64,000 nt of DNA, taken from Nemertoderma westbladi (taxonomy: Eukaryota; Animalia; Xenacoelomorpha). The notes under the pieces were generated by a model. It worked only from the letters and a program-made list of their open reading frames with translations, made no database searches and was not told the DNA's origin. Below, piece after piece: positions 25,633 through 37,645 of the stretch (position 1 is its first letter; every line of letters starts with the position of its first letter). The DNA lies in contig JAUCBJ010008313.1 of NCBI GenBank assembly GCA_032718475.1, positions 193,771 to 257,770 on the forward strand, given 5' to 3'. Made by a program: the position numbers and the translations under genes.

Positions 25633-28600
25633 ATGTATGTATATACGCGGCTTATAATGGAGAAGGAAATTAGAGCTCAACCGCGGAGAGGATTTACTGC
25701 CAGAGAGGAGGCGGAACTACCATTTGCCCGACCCGGGTGTAAAGACTCGAACGTTTACTACCATGGGAGGTCGGTAATGGAATTTAATGGGAAGTATAAA
25801 CCCGCGTATGATAAAGAATTGAGGAGGGAAAGAATGAGAGCGTTGGGAGACCGTATGGAAGTTTTGCAGAAGGAGTATCGCACTCGGTATCCCTACGATT
25901 TTGCGTTAGACATATGCGACATTAGTGCAGACCCGGACAAGGAGATCGCGCGGCTGTACCATAGGAACATGTATTTACGACACGACGAACCTCTACCTGC
26001 AGTCCGAGATCAGTTCGACGGAATGCATCTGTACCGGAGGACTCGAGGCGAGGATCAAGAGACGCGAAAGGTCTTCAGTGTATACAAGTTGTTCTACAAA
26101 TGTGGTGAATGCATGAATAAACAAGACGTGGCAATTCCCGATCGACTGGACGAGCAACATCCTGAACCGATATTAACGCGATGTCAAGCTTACAAGTTCC
26201 TTAGATACAACGAGGGAGGTTACCCAATGAGCAACCCGATGATCAGTATCGACTTCAGCGGAAAGTGACCTCCAAGACCCATTACGCCGACCGTTACGAC
26301 ATTAGATCCGTATACAGAGATTAAACCCTGTTCGACACCCAGTTTGATAGAGACGGCAGCGGCCATTTCGCTATACCGAGCCTATAAGGACCTAGAGGCG
26401 CGGCGCGAAGCGGCACGGGACTCGGGTACCAAACCCGCGGGTTTGGAGCTTTCGAGTCCCTGGACTACATTTACTTCGCCTTACCGAGCGAGAAATCTCA
26501 CGCCTGAGCATCAGGACGACATAGACGCGTTGCGGCAGGAGGAGCGAGTGGCGAAGGCGAAACAATTATTCGAAGAGCGGGTAGCGGAGTATAATAAGAC
26601 TGCTTTCTGGAGACTGGAGGAGACGAGGAGAGTGACCGGATTTGTTCCACAGGCCGTATCTCAACCCCGACCGGTGTATTATTCCGACGGCAACGAACCT
26701 GCGATATTGGTAGATCACCCGGAGTCGCGAGAAGCGATTAGATTCTTGCCGATGGTGAGGATGTCGGATCATTGGAACGTCGACTGTCTACGGGAAGTTT
26801 TATGCGCGAAGTTCTTGCGTGACGTCCCGATGCAGATCACAGACTACGACACGCTTGACAAGATTGGAGCTCCGGGAAAGGAGAGCAAGTTGTTTGGATG
26901 GTTGGATAAGTACATAAAGGTATGGGTAGCGGTGGCTACATTCCCAGACGATGAGGAGGTAGACCAGACGTGGCTGAGGAGAAAGGGTTCTTACACCCGA
27001 TATGATGACCACAAGGCTATCGAGCGCATGTGGGTGGACCCCATCCGACGAGATTCAGTGTCAGTGGAGGAAAACGGAGGAATCACTACAGGATTGGAGA
27101 GTGATGTTCTACGACAATGAAGGAGGTTCTCATCAAGAATGCTTAACTAGCAAGTGCATTCAAATTCGGACGGAGGATGGTGTGACTCATGTATTTATGC
27201 GCATAAGGGCGGACCGAGAGAGACCGGAGCCCATAATAACGACACAATATCGTAAAGGGAAGGATCCCAGAGAACAGATTTTGGAGGTATGCAGGCGAGG
27301 AGGTATGCATGGAGCGGGGCGTATCGACACCAGGATGCTACCCAAGAAGGTTAGAGAGGTGATTCTCAACCAAGATTACGTCAAGGTGGGATCGGGAGTC
27401 CAGAGCGATTTGGAGAGTGACTTCAACGCCATGACTGATTTGGAAGATAGATTGCCGAGACCGTTTGTCGACACCAAGCTATTGTTGCTATGGGCACAGG
27501 ATATTGGAATTTATAGGGAGTATCCCAACTCTGCCAAGACTGGTATGGGCTTCATAGCGCATTTGTTGTATAATTGGGACTTCAAGTTGAAGACGCAAAA
27601 GAAATACGAGGAGGCATATGGTGAATATAACACGCCACCGGGAGCAGAGTTCAAATCCCACTTCAAGCGGCAAGCGTTAGTGTATTGGAACATCTGTGCG
27701 CCACCCCGTGCGCCACTGCAATATTATTTGGTGCTTGAGTCGAACACGGTAACTTGTTTATTAGCGGATATCATTGCGCGAGTTTTGAAGCATCATCCAT
27801 TGGTATTCGGAGGAGATCAATACATTCGCTCGAAAGGGGGAATCCAATCTGATGTGATGAAGCGTTTCTTAACCCCGTTCTTCAACCAATCGTTAGAGAA
27901 TACGTCGATGGTTAGGAGAGGATTAGCGATATTTGAAGGAATATATCGACAGAACATCAGAGATTTGGGAGACCAACCGTCGATGGAGTATCCGACCCCA
28001 GAGGCCTTGGAGAAGTGGTTCGGGAATCAAACCCGCGGGTTTGGTACTCCCTTCCACTCGGAGGCTGATAGACCTGTTAGAGAGGGTTGGCCGGAGACGT
28101 TAGTAGAGGTATTCGGAGTGGATCTTCCGGTGGAGAAGACATATGACCGCGGGAGGAAATATTGGAGATAGAGGACAAGGGCGAGGATGTTTACTTTGTT
28201 CCGGATCGACAACCTCTGACCGGAGAGGACGACATCGTATTAGAAATTGGGAAAGAAGGAAGTGCGAAACCGATTGGAGACCTCATATATGAGAGGGCCT
28301 GGTTTCCACAAGCGCATAGGTGCAAGTTGTGCGGCAGCACAAGGCACAATCAAAAATCATGTGACGCAGTAGTAGAGGCGGCGCATAAGGTCTGCCGTTG
28401 GTGTAATGAGACCGACCATTTGTTTCATACGTGCACCATCTTCATTTCTCAATGCTGATATTGTGGGGTAAAGGGACATCGTAGCGCGAGATGCCAACTG
28501 CGAGACGATTCCTTCCAAAACCATAGTGCCAACCTACTTCGGGAGATGCTAGATAAGTGGGAGGGTGTGGCCGATTACCACATCCAAGCGCAGATGCGTT

Positions 28601-29353
28601 GGTTACCGTTTAAAGCAGGATACAGATTTTGGGCAGTAGACCCATCAAACGTTGCGTATGAGCCGTATCTACAGTCGTTACCACAATATCAGGAGCTAAT
28701 ATTGACCGCTCAAGATCTTCCGCAGAACACTGGAGTCATCGGGAATACTTCAGACAGTTAAACATGGATAACAAATATACTTGGAACTTTGTTGCTATTT
28801 GCGACCGTATAACGAAAGGTCTATTTTTGGAAACTAGAAAGGTGGTGCGCGCGCGAGGAGATTGGAGGATGGCGGCTATACAATACCGCAACGAGTTCCT
28901 ATTGACTCACGTACCGGTGGGGTCATTGACTGCTGAGAGGATCAAGGAACAGCGAACTGCAGCGCCCACAGCGACAACGTTGGAGCTCAAGGCTTGCGGA
29001 GAGAACCAGGAGGAGAAGTCCAAGACAAGCGTCAAGTCAAGGACGACCACTATCATTCAATTATAGAGGCACAATGATTACAGCGCAAGGCGCAAGGCGC
29101 GTCCGAGAAAGCGCGTGTGCAATTGCAGAAGGAAGAGTTGGCGGAAGCGACCACAGGAGCACGACAATTGGGACGAGGCCGAGGGAGAAGCACCAGCCGG
29201 GAATCAGTCGGGGCTCAGGGAACATCGTCGCCGGTTCCGGGGAGTGACGCCTCACGGACGCCGTCAACAGAGTCTACAGGGGGTAGACTGGTATATCTGG
29301 GAAGGGGGCGGAAGAGAGGAGCGAGCCCGAAGAACCCAGGAGCGGGTCGGTAA
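25633..29353 (+). pseudogene. Accessory exonuclease/CCHC ORF (copy 2)
   Basis: Near-identical to 14480-18205 with mostly different lesions (TGA 26266, 4-bp deletion ~27041, TGA 28456). Confidence 0.75.
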
Positions 29354-29871
29354 TGCAAGCGTATCATGGAGCGACAGACTCTAGATATATACATCATCGT
29401 CACTCTGATGTATATTGTAGCATTTTTGTAAATATCCGACTGGACTCATATATACTAGTCGTAATAATTTGAATTTATATTATGAGAGAGGCGAAGGAGG
29501 TGATTGGGGAGACAAACCTGCAGGTTTGGCTTACTCGTTTCACCTACCCTAGCAAGTTTTATAGAGAAAGCAGTATTTTTGTAAATTTAATTTGTATGTA
29601 GTAATCATTATGTTGAACGAACGAGAAAGCAATATTTTTGTAAATTTAATTTGTATGTAATAATCGTTAACATTGAAAGAGATAATATTTTGTAAATTTA
29701 ATTTGTATGCAATCCATTATGCAATATCTATGGCAATATTTGTAAATAGTAGAAATATTATAGTATCAAGTTATTTAGATTATTTGAAAGCGAATTTATT
29801 TTGTTTTGTATACATCGCCCTATACTCTTCTACAATTGGAGGGAAACATTGCTTGATTTCCCTTGGAGCGG

Positions 29872-32108
29872 TGTTACGGTATATGGCGCTGTACCTACAT
29901 TAGTCCGTTATACAGTATAATATATTAGCCGTTATACAGTATAATATATTAGCCGTTATACAGTATAATATATTAGCCGTTATACAGTATAATATATTAG
30001 CCGTTGTACAGTATAATTATTTAGATAAGACATAATAACGCGCAATGATATTTAGATAAGGAAAATAAAACGCCCATATATTTGAATTCATCCATTTTGT
30101 ATAGTATGTAGCCCGACCTACGTAATTTTGTAATAGGATATAAGTAAATAGTTCCAGTGTAGCAAGTTTCCTGTTGGACCCTGGATATAAGCTTGCTGTT
30201 ATTAGCCTCAATAGGCCTAGCTATGTATTGGTCTTAATTTTCTTTATAATTGCGCTAAATTAATCTTTGTGCATCATATTATTAGTACCGCTAAATTAAG
30301 CATCGCCAAAATTACCATATATGGTAATAATTTGTGATTTCGGGAGCGAGAGGTTCACAATCCGGCTTCCTTATTGGCCTAAATGCTTCCAGGTTGGTCT
30401 AATGGTAGCGCGGATTGGGGAGCCAATGAGAGAGCGATTGCATCATCCTCCATGAATCACCTATAAATAGGCGGTATTTCCGGTATGTGCTTTGTAATTC
30501 TTTGTAATTTGTAACCCTAGTCGTAATTTAGACTAATTATTCTGTATTTTGCGTATTTCTGCCTTTTCCAATTATTTCTTGTAATAATTCGCTAATTTGT
30601 AATCTCTGCTGATTTCTTGGTGTGTTTCTCAATCAATCCCAATGATTACTGTTAATAACAACTGGAACTATTATTTCTACCCTTTAGTTAACGGTTCTAT
30701 GTGATTCCTTTCGATGCAATAATCCCACAGAATTTTCTTAGACTGTCAGACTTTGTGATTTGCATGCGCTGTTACGGTAGCTACCCATTAGATGGAGGGC
30801 TGAGGTACTGGTATGCGCGGCAGGCGCATCGGGGGGTTAGCGACGAAGGGAGTGCGGAGGATTCAAAGGCAAGCAACGCTGGCGGGGAGGTCACCGTTGC
30901 AGTCGGTCAGTTAGCATTGTAGAGTGAAGACTGCTCGCTGGTACAGTAATTAAGGGCTGATGATCCAGATTTTGTCTCTATTTTGTAGTATTAGGGGGGC
31001 AGGAATTGGGTTAGTTAGGAAGCCTAGATGTACCCGGGAGAGGCCTGCGTTCCTTATATTGCGAGCTAAACTGTAGACTATGTCGCAAACTATGTGCGAA
31101 CTGTAGATTGCGAGTTGTGAACTGTGAATTGCTGACTGCTGATTGTGAATTGTGCATTAAGAACTATAATTGGTAAGTATAAACTATTGATTGTTACGCT
31201 GATTGGTGTGTTACTAAAGTGTGCCTAATAAATCACGAATGCTTGGATAGGTGCTCTTTTCCCTTTGATTGATTTCTATTTCTTAGTTTACTATAAATAA
31301 TTACTGATTAGGTCGAAAATAATACGGTATTTAGACTGTTACTAGTGCAACCCGTTACGTAATAAATTAGAATTACGCATTCTGGAACACTTAGTAATTA
31401 GTACGCTGTTGCATATTTGTGACTGTAATTAATTAATAAAATTAAGAATTTGTATGCAGCATAGCGGAGAGTAGTTAAGGTAATAATTTGGAGTACCGTA
31501 AACTATTCACGCTGGGCGGTTATTTGAAATCAGCGGGCAATAAGTTAGATCGCAGTATCCAGTACGCAGCACGCATTAGTAAATTGCTGGCCTAAAGCCA
31601 GCCGGAGGCAAGTTTAGTCCCATAGTAGGTATCATTCCCTGATATAAAAACTGTACCAATTTTTTGATTATTTAAATATTCTCACATTCACATTCCGTTA
31701 GGGAACCCCAGTATTTGCGATTAGAAAAGACGTAATTATTAGCGCATTTTAACAGTAAAATTAGGCCATAAGAATACACTCTGAGTGTAAAGCCTCTCAC
31801 ACTCGTCTTAAGTAAGCTTAGGGAGCCGATTCGGGTTTATTGTTTTGGTTATTCCCGCATGGCTCATATGTTCGAACAGTTAGCTCTCTATCGAGCGATC
31901 GGTAGAGAAAGGAACAAGCGATTAGTAGGAGCCGTAGAAAATTAGTAAAATATATTAGCGGACGGCAGGTTAGCGCCATCCAACGGTAAGTAGCAGTTTT
32001 GTATTTAGCAGCCCTACAGTAGTAATAGCACGCTCCTGATTACCCCTGTTTAACAGTAGAGCAGTCTTTGTGTCTTTATTGGTTAGGCAGGGACCCGCTA
32101 GTTTAACA
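29872..32108 (+). repeat. LTR 3 (3' LTR, 2237 bp)
   Basis: TGTTACGG...GTTTAACA followed directly by the TSD AGGTC and non-element sequence. Confidence 0.95.
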
Positions 32109-34698
32109 AGGTCCGTGAGAGAGAGAGAGTAAGGGACAATGAGGTCCGCGAGAGAGAGAGTAAGGGACAGAGGGGTCCGAGAGTGAGATTAGAGTGAAGA
32201 CGTAGAAAATTGTGTGAAGAGAGAGCACAATTGTCTCGAACAGAGGTACAAGGTGCAACAAGGTACAGAGGTGCAACATAGCTCGCGATTGCACCAAGGA
32301 GGGTTAGCAATAACATACCCAGGGGGCCGGCCTAGAAAGCCGACCCCAAGAAAAGAACTCCACCCCACACCATATATTAGATTGGGTTCCAGCGGAATTG
32401 AAGCGCACTTAAGGTTGATGCTATCTTCTCACCTGGAAGATAGCATGGGGGGGTGTAAGTGGATTCAATTCCGCTTCATTACCCACCAGAAAATGGGACC
32501 AGTGGGATTTTAGCAATATGTTGGGAATACGAGATTACGAATATTAATCTCGTCTCATAACCAACATTGGGGGGGGGGGGGGGGGGGCACAAGCACTAAA
32601 GCTACAGATAGAGACGAGAGGTCAAACCACCTCAGAGGGAACATAGCTAGTAGAAGCTAGCAGCGGGGGGAAACACTCACAGGGAGTGCCAAAGTGACAA
32701 TTAGTATATTAGCCAATAGTGGGGAGGGAAGCACGTGATTAGACATAGGAAAGCATCCATTGGGTACAGAGGGCCAAAGTACAGTAAGAGGTGAAATCAA
32801 TATTCGTGTGTGTTAATCATATATTATCCTACATTACTGATTTACCGGTCAGTTGATTCAGTTACTCAGTTGCAGACCGGTCATAGTTAATGACCGTCAC
32901 CGCCATTAACATCAGCAATTAATCTGTATTTTCTGCTATCATATTTTCTGTATCGTTACTGATTTATTGTGCTATTATCGTTCGAACCACCAATATTCAG
33001 AAACAACAGAAACTCTTATTGTTTTCCCCAACGGCCTTCGGCCAAAGCAACTAGCACGACTGCCCAGCAGAATGGTGACGCGTACATATCTACCCCGGTC
33101 GGGATCTCCGATCCTGTCACATTAACTGGTTGGATATGCAGTGCTTTTGTAAACCTAAAAACAACACAACGTGGGAGGATCTTTCGTGAGGATTCTCCCA
33201 CACCAGGCATAAGTGTTGCAACATTAGTATATAGAAAGTGGAGCTTACTCGGGGCGTTTTACAATTTCCTAGGAATTATATGTTCTGAAATTTGCCACGC
33301 TTGTAGTTTTCGTTAGTCTAAGAATTTTCCACGTTTTTTTTTTTTTAATTTAGATGTTCAACATTTCCAAATTGGCAACCAAATGTGGATTTTTGTCCCA
33401 ATTTGGAAACTACTAGCACTAAATGGTTAAATTCGGAGTGAAGGCGACTGAAATCCTCAATGTGCGGATAAATTTGAAAGTTTGATTAAAAAATTTCGTT
33501 TAGCCAAATTTGGCCATTTTGGCCAGATATTAATTTTACCCAAAAAATAACCCAATGGTATATTTTTACGTTGTTTTGTCGCTATCACCAAAGCAGTTTG
33601 GCCATTTCGATTTAAACTCATACCGAATACATATCCAATACAGTTGCTCATCGGGTCGAAAAATATTGGCCAAAAATATTGAACAGTATGCCAATAATTA
33701 AACTTTTAGCCAATTTTTGGCCAAATTGATTTTTTTTGGATTTTAAATCATTATAACTCTGTTTCTTTTAATTAAAACGAAACCGTTCCACTTGGGTAAT
33801 ATATAGGGAATGTAGTAGTTCCATACTGTTATTGATATTGTGCGTTGCCTGAATATTAATGGCTGCAAATTGGAGCCGAAAAATGGTAATTTTGGAAGTT
33901 GACAAAATAGGTTTTGGTAGAAAGTGGTTTTCTCCGAATTATGTCATTATATTTTTCTGAAACTTTAACACCTCTACATGATCTTAACAGCTCTACATTT
34001 TATCAATTTAATGTTAATGCAAAAAGTCTTTGCTTCTTGTAGAAAATAAGGGCCAAACTTAAGAAATCTGTATTTTCTGGAAATTTAGCCCAAAATTAGG
34101 CACTCAAAATGCCATATATTGTATCGGCTTAAATTGCATTTTTCCGTAAATCCTTCAAATTAGTTTCTTAGAATGCCAGTTTCTTAGATTGGCCAAAAAA
34201 ATTTTAACTTTGAATTTTTTTTAATTTTAGCCTCAGATTACTTCAAAATTGTTGCTGCAGGTATAAAACCTGCCTTCAAAATTACTTATTTTACCAATTT
34301 ACCCAAAATACTGTATATTTATTGATAAAGGACCAGTTATGGTATCATATTGATTTGTTTCTTACAAATTAATATTTAGTAAAGGTTCTTACGCTATCTA
34401 GTGCTATTACACCTATATTCGATCTAATTTCTACTGTAAAGGCCTAATAAACCTCAAATTGAATACGTGATGCTTATTGGCTAAGCTCCTTGCCGATAAA
34501 GCTACTGTAGTATATACTTGTGGTTGTGCTATGATTGATTTTACTCTCTTTTTGTTATTGTTTAACAGAAGAAGTCGCACTGCCCATGCAGAGGCTTTGA
34601 TCCCCGGTCAAGTTTAATTGACTGGTGGTTATTACAGGCCTAAGGTCTAAACTTAAAGAGTTAATAATTGAAATATAATTATTCATCGCTACATTGTA

Positions 34699-34767
34699 TA
34701 TTCTACTGGTTTATTCAATTTATTCTACTGGTTTATTCAATTTATTCTACTGGTTTATTCAATTTAT
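34699..34767. repeat. 22-bp tandem repeat x3
   Basis: tattctactggtttattcaatt, three exact copies. Confidence 0.9.
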
Positions 34768-36061
34768 CTTTATTATTTGCTTAATATATCGCCGATATTA
34801 CGTAATCATGGAGGTTTTACACGCGCCACAACAGGTGGGTTGCTGTAACTAAGTATCAGTGATAATCTGGACAATTGTATCAGATTTGTGTATTTCATAC
34901 CTCTGAATTACTAAATAATTAATATATGGCGATATTTCAGACCATTTATGTAAGCAAAGCTCTCATTATTAATTACACCACGATTGAGAGTTGTCACAAA
35001 TTGAATACTGTAACGATATAGATATAATTAGACCCAAAGACTTGTCACTATACGTTTCCCCTAAAGGGAAACACAATCACCAGACTTGAGTTCTTACAGA
35101 ATTAAATAGTCAGTCATTTGCTTGTTATACTGTGTTGTCACACCCTCCCGGTATAGTATCTCAGTCAAATACAATAGATAATCAAATAACGTATTGAACT
35201 AAGTGAAATATAGAGCAAATCAATGCATCGAAGGGAAAAAGGGTAAATAAACAGATACAGTGAGCGGCCCTTGTTGACAGGTACACTAGCGCAATCCCGT
35301 TTATTGTATCAGACCGGACATCTTGCCTTCATTTTTGCATGGTTTATTAAGTAACAGAAAAGAGTCAAAATATATTAAAATTGAGAGTGAAAGAACATAA
35401 TTTACTAAAAGCGCTAACACAAATCCTCCTATTATCGTATTATCCTCGCAATTACCTCGTAATTTAAATTTAAATCAAACCTGTCTGTTCAATCACTATC
35501 TGTCATTGCAACTTAATTTGGTTGATTCTTTCTTTCTTTGTTTATTTATATATTTATTTTTATATTGTATTTCTGTCTACTACCTGTAAAATAAATTCAA
35601 GCTACATCGACATTACCGAATCGCTACTCATGATTGACATCCCCCCCCCCCCCCCCATTTATGTAAACACATACAATTATGAAGGTTTTACACTCTCAGA
35701 AAGGGATATTGGAAGCTTGGACGGCCAAAATTGGGTAACAGATAACATTATAGAAAGTGTCATTGGTGTAATGTGCATTGAGAATGCACAGAAAGTACGA
35801 GATTTCAGCACTCGCTTTTTTTATATACTATGAAGCAAAGGAGGTTATGAATCATTAAAAATATGGAGCAGATTAAGTGACTTTTCATCAGATTACTTAT
35901 TCTTCCCCATCCATTGTAACAACCATTGGACACTGCTTACCTTTTCACCCGCCACATGGGAGATTTGCTATTTCAACTCACTTGGTGGATTGGAATTAGA
36001 ACTCATAGATGACTTCAAATTATGGGTATCTAATGAGGCTAATCGTTTCAGTATCCCTCTA

Positions 36062-37645
36062 TGTTCGCGGTATTTCAACTTTCCATAACGCGAGTTGAAT
36101 ATTTTTGTATTTTATTAAAATTGATTATTCCGATATTACTACTGGGTGCGGGACCATGGGTTTTGGGCACATTCAATAAACTGGGGGCGATTTATGGGCG
36201 AACTTTGGGGCAACTTACAGGGTACGGGAATAATTTCATAGTTATAAGGGCCAGGGGGGATGGAAAATGCAAGCAGTATTCAGGTTAGCCTGAGTACTAT
36301 TAGGCCCTGGCCAACTTCCTGCTGCCTGTAGGGGTGGATTTGGTAATGCGCCAGGCCTAAAGGACAAGGACTGCCCTTAGCGGTCCCTGGCCAACGGCAG
36401 CTACTACGAGCCTGAAAAGGACTCGGAACGCTGACTGCTTGTGTCAGGGATTTGCGACGGGCACCGACGGCCCCTTAGTAGCCAAGCCGTTCTGGGTCTC
36501 GATGATCGAACCCCGGGGTTCGTGAGGGGTGGAGCGGACACGCGAACAGGTGGCCAACTTAAGACTGCCCCCTGACCTAAGCCGTACTGGTTCTCGATGA
36601 CCGATCCCTTCGGGGTTCGTGAGGGGTGGGACGGACATGCGAAAGGGCTGGCCACAGGACTGGTTTGACAGGACTGCCCTTAGCGGTCTCGGGTCAACTG
36701 CGGCTACTACGAGCCTGAAAAGGACTCGGAACGCTGACTGCTTGACTGTGATTTGCGACGGGAACCGACGACAGACCCCTTAGCCAAGCCGTTCTGGTTC
36801 TCGATGATCGTTCCCTTCGGGGTTCGTGAGGGGTGGAACGGACACGCGATGGGGTCGAAAGACAAAGGACTAGACTCGACTAGACTCTACTGGCCTACCG
36901 ACTGTTCGGAGCAGTTTCTCGGCTGCTGAAGCAACTACGAGCCTGAAAAGGACTCGGAAAGCCTAGGTGGTTGGGTTTCTGTGATGAACTGACGGACCCC
37001 TAGCCAAGCCGTTCTGGTTCTCGATGATCGAACCCTTCCGGGTTCGTGAGGGGTGGAACGGACACGCGAACGGGTCCACCGACACGACAGACTCTTAGCC
37101 AAGCCGTACTGGTTCTCGATGACCGAACCCTTCGGGGTTCGAGAGGGGTGGTACGGATACGCGACAGAGTCTACCGACTGGACCGACCCTTAGCCAAGCC
37201 GTGCTGGTTCTCGATGATCGTTCCCTTCGGGGTTCGTGAGGGGTGGAACGGACACGCGACAGGGTCGACCGACACCGACACTACGGCACTAAGACTGGGA
37301 CTGAGGGAAAATCTGGGGAACATTAGGTAGGCTAAAATTCTGAGCGAACAGTGGGTTATTAAATAATATACCGTAGGGATTTATATTATCGTGTATAATT
37401 ATTGTGAATATTTGGTGTATATTGATTTGGGGAAGCCCAAAATTATTCTTAATCAAGGTTCAACAGAGTTCAGTTACATTAAAGAGTATATCCAACTAAT
37501 GCAGCTTTTCTCAACCGCAAACTTGCATCTTAGAAATATTCCCTCCCCACAATCAATATCCGGTGACTGGCCGGGGCTCGGTGGTCTGTTAAGTCACGTC
37601 TCCAGCATCGGCGTTTTTCCCCCTGGTGTAGGAATAACGGCAACA
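36062..37645 (+). mobile_element. Solo LTR (1584 bp) of an unidentified LTR retrotransposon
   Basis: TGTT...AACA termini; 5-bp TSD CTCTA at 36057-36061 and 37646-37650; removing it restores the interrupted reading frame; TATAAG at 36243. Confidence 0.8.
36365..37270 (+). repeat. GC-rich array of two interleaved hairpin modules (6x ~70-bp UUCG-capped module; 3x GAAA-capped module)
   Basis: tagccaagccgtwctggttctcgatgaycgwwcccttcggggttcgtgaggggtggaacggacacgcga at ~36480, 36580, 36781, 37001, 37096 and 37191; ctacgagcctgaaaaggactcggaa at ~36404, 36706 and 36934. Confidence 0.85.

Larger units (their letters stand above)
2431..32108 (+). mobile_element. Bel/Pao LTR retrotransposon, tandem dimer (LTR-int-LTR-int-LTR), 29.7 kb, with accessory ORF
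   Basis: Three near-identical LTRs TGTTA...TAACA; 5-bp TSD AGGTC at 2426-2430 and 32109-32113; Bel/Pao-type gag (triple Cys/His knuckle), PR, RT (YMDD), RNase H (FSDAS, PRAEL) and IN in PR-RT-RH-IN order. Confidence 0.96.

Noticed and set aside
32568-32587. Long poly-G/poly-C runs (also ~50030, 50235, 53301, 54235) as G-quadruplex elements
   Set aside because: Simple homopolymers of uncertain length; no supporting context.
33230-34500. AT-rich segment resembling a non-autonomous DNA transposon (similarly 41500-42000)
   Set aside because: Could not define TIRs or a TSD by eye.
36365-37270. CRISPR-like repeat/spacer appearance or hammerhead ribozymes
   Set aside because: Eukaryotic LTR context, no cas genes, repeats of ~70 bp, spacers form closing stems; no CUGAUGA...GAAA core in the right arrangement.
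37344-37350. GCGAACA as the solo-LTR right end (inverted copy of TGTTCGC)
   Set aside because: No TSD there; the CTCTA TSD and frame restoration place the end at 37645.
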